A stretch of 53,086 bases of DNA from Pseudomonadota bacterium (GTDB lineage: Bacteria > Bdellovibrionota_B > Oligoflexia > Oligoflexales > CAIYRB01): NCBI GenBank assembly GCA_031416315.1, contig JANOTL010000063.1, positions 1-53,086 on the forward strand, read 5' to 3'. Below, piece after piece: positions 1 to 6,363 of this stretch; the first letter of the stretch is position 1; every line of letters starts with the position of its first letter. Both the position numbers and the translations under genes were made by a program. The notes under the pieces are model-generated. The model did not search any database and was not told where the DNA came from. It was given only the letters and a program-made list of their open reading frames with translations.

Positions 1-1438
1 TGATGAAGCGCTCGACGAGGTTCGGATCGAGCTCCCCGACGAGCGGCTCTTTCGCGGCAACCGGTCCGGAGCGCCGGACCCCATACTCGACCCCTTGAAG
101 CTTGTACATCTTCTTGTCGATATCAAAGAAGTCGAAGTCCCCGAGAAAACTGGCGAATTTAACACCCGCAAGGAAGCCGACCGGCTGCTCGAGCCGCGGA
201 TCCAAGGGGCGCGCCATCGTCGTGCCGCGTCCGGAAGGCCGCGACGCCTGCGCCGCCGCCGCGAGGCGATCTGCCTCCGCATACATGAGCTGCTCGTCGG
301 TCGAGAGCTGGAAAGGCCGCGCCTTCTCCAGGTACTCCCGCACCCGATCGTCCTTCGGGGTGAGGTTCCGGTACTCCTCGAAGTCGTAGTTCGCGTCCTT
401 GGTGAACGTCGAGATCATCGCGCGCTTCGCCGTGAGGTCGCGGCCAAGGGACTCGTGCATGATGCCGATCTTATCGATGATCCGCAGCATGCTGCCGCCC
501 ACAGTTTCGCCGACGACCGCCGGAATCGCGGGAACGCCGACGCCGGAGATTCGCAGCTGCTGCGCGTCTACGTCGCGCTGCCGCGCCACGTGCGCCGCGA
601 TCGTCTCGCGCACGGCAGCGTACAGACCCTCGTAGCTTGCGATCGTCGAGGGATGCAGAAGGCGCGCCTCGTACCCCGGCCAGGCCATCATGACCGCGGC
701 GTAGGACTGGTAGAACTGCATCACCGAGCGAACGAAGGCCCTGCGGTCGAGGTTCTGCTGCAGCGCTTCCGGCGCATGCTTCAGATGCGCCGGCTCGAGG
801 AACGAAAGCATGTAGTCAGGCTCGACGTCGGTCATCTTCGTCGGCTTGAGGTAGGGCCGCTTCGAAAGGCCGACGGTGAAGCCGCCGATGATAAACAGCG
901 CCGCAACCACGCCTAGGCCGAGGCCGATCCACTCCTGCTTACTCGTGAAGAAATGGCGGAGAAAGCTCGCGCGGTACGCTCCGTCGGTCCCCTTCGCGAC
1001 GGACGTCGGCGCCGGCGCCGGCGCCACCTTCACCATGATGCGCAAGTCGTCGTGCCCGATCGCGCCGTAGTCGCCGTCGTGAAGCTGGAAGAGCCGCTTC
1101 CCCTTCTCGCCTTTCGGGATGTTGTGGAGATTGCCCCGGGTGGTACAGAAGCCTTCCCACTGGTGGTCGACGATCAGATTGACATGGCCATGGTCGACCT
1201 CGAGGAAGTGGAGCTTCCCGTCGGGCAAAGGATAGTGCGGCAGCGCCAGCTCTCCGTGATCCTCGGAGCTCACCGCGAGCTTGCCGACGCGCTTCACCGG
1301 CCGCGCGAGCGAGGCGACCGAGGTGCCGTTCTGCAACACCTCGACGTGCACCCACGAAGCGCTGCGGCGGGCCTTGGTGGCCTTCGGCACGACGAGCTTC
1401 GGAAGCTTTCCGACCTTCTTCGCGGCCGCCTTGCTCAA
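1..1438 (-). CDS. AgmX/PglI/GltG-like single-pass membrane protein with probable C-terminal TonB_C-like domain (runs off window edge)
   Basis: Not in the ORF track because it has no stop inside the window. Read manually: TTG at 1438 overlaps the upstream stop (TTGA) and the frame is open to position 1 (MSKAAAKKVGKLPK...). One TM segment (WIGLGLGVVAALFIIGGFTVGL). Ends ...KEPLVGELDPNLVERFI, resembling the start of the AgmX/PglI C-terminal domain. Lies downstream of MotA/ExbD-like genes. Confidence 0.6.
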   Translation of the reverse strand, partial: MSKAAAKKVGKLPKLVVPKATKARRSASWVHVEVLQNGTSVASLARPVKRVGKLAVSSEDHGELALPHYPLPDGKLHFLEVDHGHVNLIVDHQWEGFCTTRGNLHNIPKGEKGKRLFQLHDGDYGAIGHDDLRIMVKVAPAPAPTSVAKGTDGAYRASFLRHFFTSKQEWIGLGLGVVAALFIIGGFTVGLSKRPYLKPTKMTDVEPDYMLSFLEPAHLKHAPEALQQNLDRRAFVRSVMQFYQSYAAVMMAWPGYEARLLHPSTIASYEGLYAAVRETIAAHVARQRDVDAQQLRISGVGVPAIPAVVGETVGGSMLRIIDKIGIMHESLGRDLTAKRAMISTFTKDANYDFEEYRNLTPKDDRVREYLEKARPFQLSTDEQLMYAEADRLAAAAQASRPSGRGTTMARPLDPRLEQPVGFLAGVKFASFLGDFDFFDIDKKMYKLQGVEYGVRRSGPVAAKEPLVGELDPNLVERFI

Positions 1439-1974
1439 GGATTCGCCCCCAAAATCGGATTTTGGGTCTCAAACGCGTAGTTGGCGATGCCAGCCGCCGC
1501 GAAAGCGTAGAGGATCGGCCGCACGTGCAGGTATTTCAGCCGTTGATCGGCGGCGATCACCGCCATCGCCTGATGCTTGGATGCCGCCTTCGCCAGCGTC
1601 GTCGCCTCGATTTCCTTCCGTACCGATGCCTTCAAATAGGCGACGAAGGGGGAAAGCGGCGTCAAATCATGAATCTCGAGCGGCCAACGGAAGACTTTGC
1701 GATCGGCGGTCGTAACCACGACCTCGTTGCCGATCGGCGTGACGGAGAGCCAGATGGCGGCGTCCTTCTCCGTCTCCGACGGGAAGGTGATCACGTCCGC
1801 CGGTGTACCGAGTCGAGCGCTCGTCCCGAAAATCACGTGCGCCGTGAGTAAAAGAACGAGGAAGAACGAGATGAGCGCGGGGAACGGGTACCAGGCCAAG
1901 GGCGCCAAAGGCTCCGCCAAGACCTGTCTGGTCCTAAGGCACGCTTCGGCCCATCGCGGCGTCGGACGCATCAA
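1435..1974 (-). CDS. ExbD/TolR-like (AglQ/AglS-like) membrane protein, degenerate
   Basis: N-terminal TM (PFPALISFFLVLLLTAHV) and ExbD-like C-terminus (AVIAADQRLKYLHVRPILYAFAAAGIANYAF); operon with a MotA/TolQ-like gene. Confidence 0.7.
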   Translation of the reverse strand: MMRPTPRWAEACLRTRQVLAEPLAPLAWYPFPALISFFLVLLLTAHVIFGTSARLGTPADVITFPSETEKDAAIWLSVTPIGNEVVVTTADRKVFRWPLEIHDLTPLSPFVAYLKASVRKEIEATTLAKAASKHQAMAVIAADQRLKYLHVRPILYAFAAAGIANYAFETQNPILGANP

Positions 1975-2525
1975 ATGATTCCCGTTCCCAAGACGACCCG
2001 TTCGAAGAGCGGAGATTTGCGCAGTCCGGCCAGCACCTGGATCACGATCGGCATCGGGATGTCACCCGCCGGGATGAACACGAGGATCTTGTCCATCGGC
2101 ACGTTGTCGTGCGCCGCACGCTCGGTGACCCACTTGCCGAGCGTGTCGATCAGCTGGATGAGCTGTGGCTCGCCGTCCACATGCCGCAGGATAAACTTGT
2201 CCTTCAGCTCGGCGAAATTAGAGCTGAACGACTCCAGGTCGGAAAAGAAGAACGCCTCCGTCGTCAGGATCACAGCGGTCGTGTGCCGCGTGAGCTCCGC
2301 CTTCGGCTCCTCGCGATACTCGTGGTGCGCGGGGTCGAGCGGCGGCGCCGCGACCACCGGCATTTCGACCGGGATCACGCCGTAAACGTTGGAAAGGGCG
2401 ATCGCCCGGAGGCCGAAGGTTAGGACGATACAGAGACCGAAGAGCGCGAGGGCGGCGACTGCCGCGACGCCGCGTCCTTCAGATAATCTCTTCCTCGTCC
2501 TTGATATCTTCGACTGAAACGTCAT
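1971..2525 (-). CDS. second ExbD/TolR-like (AglQ/AglS-like) membrane protein, degenerate
   Basis: TM (VAAVAALALFGLCIVLTFGL) and ExbD-like C-terminus (LVFIPAGDIPMPIVIQVLAGLRKSPLFERVVL). Start uncertain: ATG 2525 or 2552. Confidence 0.6.
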   Translation of the reverse strand: MTFQSKISRTRKRLSEGRGVAAVAALALFGLCIVLTFGLRAIALSNVYGVIPVEMPVVAAPPLDPAHHEYREEPKAELTRHTTAVILTTEAFFFSDLESFSSNFAELKDKFILRHVDGEPQLIQLIDTLGKWVTERAAHDNVPMDKILVFIPAGDIPMPIVIQVLAGLRKSPLFERVVLGTGII

Positions 2526-3276
2526 CGAAAGACTCATCGCTCGCCTCGCCACCCTCGGGCTTGCCGCCGGTCTGGAACTCTTCCGCCTTCGCCTCGCTCG
2601 CCGGAGCGCCGCCGCCGCCGTCGCCGGACGGCATCGCCGCGTAGGCCATCATCTCCTGAGGAACGAGGAGATTGTTGAGCACGGCCACGCCGTGGTGCAC
2701 GCGATCCACCAGGTTGACTGCCATGCCCTTTAGCACGTGGAAGCCCGTCAGCATCAGCATGCCGAAGATCAAGGCCATCGCCGTCGGATTCAGCGCCGCG
2801 GCGATCCCTTGCGCCAGGGTCGCCTGCTTCTTCGCCGTGTCGAGCACGTCGACGGAATGGAACGCCGACCACAGCGCGTCGATCGTGCCGAGGATCCCGA
2901 CGAGCATGATGAACAAGGTCGCCGCCGGCAGGACGCCGAGGCGCCGCTCGATCTTCGGCAGGAAGTCGATGGTCTCCTCCTCGATCGCGCCGCGCACTTT
3001 CGTCGGATCCGTCTCCGCCGCCTCGAGCGCCTTCAGCGCGATGTGCGGTAAGGACGTCGACGAGACGTTCTTACAGAGGTTGATCGCGCGATCCAGGTCT
3101 TCGGCCGACACCATCTTCTTCAAATTCCCGAGGAATTTCGAAAAATCGATGTGGTACACGAACTGGAGCATGATCACGCGCTCGAAGAAGATCACGGTCG
3201 CGAGAAAGCCAAAAACCAGAATGGTCCAAACATAGCCGTTGGCCTGTTGGAGGCTGTTCGCCAGCTCACCCCACAT
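2479..3276 (-). CDS. MotA/TolQ/ExbB family (AglR-like) membrane protein
   Basis: Three TM segments; MLVGILGTI and LAQGIAAALNPTAMAL correspond to the TolQ/ExbB TM2/TM3 motifs; acidic C-terminal tail. Confidence 0.85.
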   Translation of the reverse strand: MWGELANSLQQANGYVWTILVFGFLATVIFFERVIMLQFVYHIDFSKFLGNLKKMVSAEDLDRAINLCKNVSSTSLPHIALKALEAAETDPTKVRGAIEEETIDFLPKIERRLGVLPAATLFIMLVGILGTIDALWSAFHSVDVLDTAKKQATLAQGIAAALNPTAMALIFGMLMLTGFHVLKGMAVNLVDRVHHGVAVLNNLLVPQEMMAYAAMPSGDGGGGAPASEAKAEEFQTGGKPEGGEASDESFDDVSVEDIKDEEEII

Positions 3277-3332
3277 GCGGGTTTCTCCAGAGTCAGTCGA
3301 TAGTCGAGTGGTACTCCGGAAAGTATAGCCGA

Positions 3333-4928
3333 CTATTGGGCTTTTTTGTCGAGGCGGCGCGGCTGTGAGGTCTTGGGCGTGACATCGCCGGCAGGTTTGG
3401 GCGCCTTGCCTTCTTCTTCGGGTTTGTTGTTTGCCGTCGAGGTCTTGAGCGACATCGTCCCGGCATCATGCGCGCGCACGGCGGCCTTCAGGATCTCCGG
3501 ATCGAAGAGATCGCCTTCCTGGACCAGGCGCTGGATCGCGTCGTCCTGGTTCATGAAGCCCGAGTACGAGCGCCCCGAGACCATGGCGTCGAAAGCGTCG
3601 GCCAAGGCGACGATCCGCCCGAAAAATGGGATCTCTTCGCCGGCCAAGCCGTCGGGATAGCCCGAGCCGTCCCACTTTTCGTGGTGATGCTTCACGCCGG
3701 ACAGGAAGCGGTGCGCGTTCGGCATATGGCTGATGATGTCGGCGCCGATCGTCGGATGCAGCTTCATCTCGTCGTACTCCTCGGCCGAGAGCATCGACGC
3801 CTTCTTCAGGATGGCGTCGGGGATCCCGATTTTTCCGAGGTCGTGGCACAAGGACGAGATCAAGAGAAGTTTCTTCGTCTCGCGATTCAGCTTCAGCTCG
3901 TCGGCGATCGCCATCGAATAACGCGAAACGCGCTCCGAGTGGCCGTGGGTGTAGGTGTCTTTCGCCTCGATCGTGGCGATCATCGTCTCGATCATGCCGA
4001 CCATCCAGGCGTCGAGCTCGCGGCGGAGCAGCATCGTCTCGAAAGTGGCGGCGCAGCGGCTGACCAGCGCCTGGATCAACTCCAGCTCTTTCGGCTGGAA
4101 CGGCATCCGGGGGTTGTCGGCCTCGATGTGGACGACGCAGATCGGCTCGCCGCCGTGGATCATCGGGATGATGACGCGGTGCCGGCCGTCCTGCGTCGCG
4201 TGCGGCGCCTCGGCCTGGAGGAGGACGCCTTGCTTGCGCGTCAGGACGTCCTCGAGCGAGCGCTGCGAGAGGAGGAAAGGCTCTTTCTTTCGCTTAAAGT
4301 GGCGCGTGGCGATCGGCAGGAGCTGGCGCGTCGGTGCCGTCCAGACGAAGAGCGCGGCGCGGGTCGCCGTCGGCATCAGCTTGCCAAGGCACTTAAGGAG
4401 CGTCCGGCTCGCTTCCTCGAGGTCGTCGATGACGATGATGTTGCTGTGGAGGTCGAAGATCTCTTTGATCGAGCGCACGTCGTCTGTGAGCTGATTCACC
4501 ACCGAGACCTGGTTCAAGCGGATCGGCGTGAACTTGTGCTTCGCCTCGTTGTGGCCGACGTCGATCGGTCCCTTGAGGCCCAAATCGTCGGCGACGACCA
4601 TGTCGAACTGCAGGATCTCGCTGGCGAGGTGGATGTCGCTCTCGGCGGACACGAACTGGAACTCGGTCGAGCCGACGAGGATCTTGTCGCCGTTCGCCAC
4701 GATCGAGTTCAGGATTCGGTCGCCGTTGATGAAGGTGCCATTGCGGGACTCGAGATCTTCGCAGATGTAGAGGCGGCCGCGCTTCTTGATGCGCACGTGG
4801 AAGCGCGACACCTCTTCGTCGTCGACGATGATCTGATTGGACGGATCACGCCCAATGGTCACCGGCCACTGCGTGAGCGCCAGCCGTTTGCCAGCGCCGT
4901 CACCACGTTCGACGAGGAGGAACGACAT
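3333..4928 (-). CDS. FHA + GAF-like + HD-GYP cyclic dinucleotide phosphodiesterase
   Basis: FHA motifs (IGRD, VSRFH, DLESRNGTFING); HD-GYP motifs (YTHGHSERV, HDLGKIG, HHEKWDGSGYP, ADAFDAM). Confidence 0.9.
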   Translation of the reverse strand: MSFLLVERGDGAGKRLALTQWPVTIGRDPSNQIIVDDEEVSRFHVRIKKRGRLYICEDLESRNGTFINGDRILNSIVANGDKILVGSTEFQFVSAESDIHLASEILQFDMVVADDLGLKGPIDVGHNEAKHKFTPIRLNQVSVVNQLTDDVRSIKEIFDLHSNIIVIDDLEEASRTLLKCLGKLMPTATRAALFVWTAPTRQLLPIATRHFKRKKEPFLLSQRSLEDVLTRKQGVLLQAEAPHATQDGRHRVIIPMIHGGEPICVVHIEADNPRMPFQPKELELIQALVSRCAATFETMLLRRELDAWMVGMIETMIATIEAKDTYTHGHSERVSRYSMAIADELKLNRETKKLLLISSLCHDLGKIGIPDAILKKASMLSAEEYDEMKLHPTIGADIISHMPNAHRFLSGVKHHHEKWDGSGYPDGLAGEEIPFFGRIVALADAFDAMVSGRSYSGFMNQDDAIQRLVQEGDLFDPEILKAAVRAHDAGTMSLKTSTANNKPEEEGKAPKPAGDVTPKTSQPRRLDKKAQ

Positions 4929-5058
4929 GCGAGATTTCCTTCGACCGACTCTGCCTTCGACCTATCGGTCCGACGTGGTCCGGAGTTGAACGGCATAAAG
5001 TCGGGAGGCGAAGCTGCCGAAGACGCAGAGGTCTTGAGAATCATGGGGGTTCTGCCGA

Positions 5059-5472
5059 GTGCGACGTTTGGGACTAGCGCTAACGATCCTGGGTTCCGCG
5101 GGTCTTCTCGCGGGCTCGGCTTTGCCGCCCATCGGCGATCGAGCCTACGTCCTGCCAACCGGCAACCGCGCTGCGCCCGTGAAGATCGAGAAGGCCGGCG
5201 CCCAGGAAAAGGGCAGCTTCCTCAAAGACCCGATCCAGCCGGGCTCGCTCGTCGTCCCGAAGGCGCCCCCGCCGAAGCTCGTCGCGCCGGCGCCGAAGCA
5301 GGTGGTCAAAGCCGGGCAGCTGAAGTTCAAAGCCGTGCTCGTGAACGGTCAACTGATTCGCCCTCGCGTCGACTTCTCCCGCGACGTCCTCCCGGTGGAG
5401 CGCGCCGACGAGCCCGTCAGCCAAGACTTCTTCGGAAAGATCTTCGAGCCGACCGGACGCGACGACTTTTGA
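5059..5472 (+). CDS. small secreted protein, C-terminus resembles gliding protein CglF/GltF
   Basis: Signal peptide, Pro-rich linker, and a C-terminal LKFKAVLVNGQLIRPRVDF...DFFGKIFE pattern; divergent from the HD-GYP/motor genes. Confidence 0.55.
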   Translation: MRRLGLALTILGSAGLLAGSALPPIGDRAYVLPTGNRAAPVKIEKAGAQEKGSFLKDPIQPGSLVVPKAPPPKLVAPAPKQVVKAGQLKFKAVLVNGQLIRPRVDFSRDVLPVERADEPVSQDFFGKIFEPTGRDDF

Positions 5473-5527
5473 GCTCAGCGGCCGCGGCGGCACGGCTCCG
5501 CTTAGGCTGACCTCGGATGTCGCTGGC

Positions 5528-5677
5528 GAGCACGGCTCTTCCCAGGCATCCTCGGGTGGTGACGCGGGGCTTTCGGACCCACAGGGCCGGGGGTTTCCCC
5601 CCGGGTTTCCCGGTTCCGCCGCCGCCGTGTTCAGGCCTCGCTTGCCGCGAGGTCCTTCCCGTTTCTACCGGCTGCTC
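5528..5677 (-). ncRNA. candidate structured non-coding RNA (unassigned)
   Basis: Intergenic; ends pair (GAGCAGCCGGT / AGCCGTGCTC); internal hairpins CCTCGC-GGCAA-GCGAGG and CCGGGGG-GAAA-CCCCCGG with GNRA-type loops on the minus strand. Confidence 0.35.
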
Positions 5678-5720
5678 GTAATGAAAGTTTGTTAAGCGAT
5701 GACAATGGAATACCCCAGGA

Positions 5721-5736
5721 TTGACTGGCTGGTCAA
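5721..5736. promoter_or_regulatory. palindromic site TTGAC-N6-GTCAA
   Basis: Perfect 5-bp inverted repeat in the AT-richer intergenic stretch upstream of the PAP2 gene; possible operator or back-to-back -35 elements. Confidence 0.3.
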
Positions 5737-5805
5737 CTAAAATTCGCTGCGCCTTCAACGGCTTCCACGTAAGATCGATCAGAACCCCAGCTGCACGATA
5801 AGCAT

Positions 5806-6363
5806 TTGGAATTCCTGCGCTCTCTCGACCACTCTCTCTACCGCCTGGCGAACGGCAGCTTTCACGGCCCGGAGCTGGATGCCGTTATGCTCTTTTGGTC
5901 GAGCCGCTGGCCCTGGTTCACCGTCGGGGCCGCCTTCTGCATTTTCGCGTTTTGCTCGCGCCGCCGCGACCTGATCAGGGTCGCCATCACGCTCGCCCTC
6001 GTCATCGGGGGAGCCGACCTCGTCACCTACCAGGTCTTGAAGCCGAGCTTCTCGCGATCCCGACCGTGCCACGTGATGAAGGATATTCGCCTGGTCACGC
6101 CGAGCTGCGGCGGCGACTGGGGCTTCCCGTCGAATCACGCTGCCAATGGCATGGCGGCGACGATCGTGATCCTTTCGATCATCCCGCGCCCACGCTGGCG
6201 TTACGCCGCATTCGCAGTGCCGCTCCTGGTCGGATTCTCGCGGGTGTATCTGGGAGTCCATTACCCTTTCGACGTTCTCGGCGGCTTTCTCGTCGGCGGC
6301 ACCCTCGGCGCGGCCGGCTTCGCCTACCTCAAAGATCGCCCGACAAGTCGAAGACCAGGCTAG
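5806..6363 (+). CDS. PAP2 family phosphatase (undecaprenyl-PP/lipid phosphatase-like)
   Basis: KxxxxRxRP (KPSFSRSRP), FPSNH and SRVYLGVHYPFDV motifs; multiple TM segments. Confidence 0.9.
   Translation: MEFLRSLDHSLYRLANGSFHGPELDAVMLFWSSRWPWFTVGAAFCIFAFCSRRRDLIRVAITLALVIGGADLVTYQVLKPSFSRSRPCHVMKDIRLVTPSCGGDWGFPSNHAANGMAATIVILSIIPRPRWRYAAFAVPLLVGFSRVYLGVHYPFDVLGGFLVGGTLGAAGFAYLKDRPTSRRPG

Noticed and set aside
95..1480. Several tracked ORFs (95-916 +, 939-1472 -, 953-1480 +)
   Set aside because: The real gene is the untracked minus-strand frame 1438 to <1, which has host-like codon usage and a TM segment.
3468..5510. 680 aa plus-strand ORF
   Set aside because: Antisense shadow of the HD-GYP gene; Arg/Gly-rich and motif-free, as expected from high-GC codon bias.
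5417..5758. 113 aa minus-strand ORF across the structured intergenic region
   Set aside because: TTG start without RBS, atypical composition, overlaps the neighbouring gene; RNA structure explains the region better.
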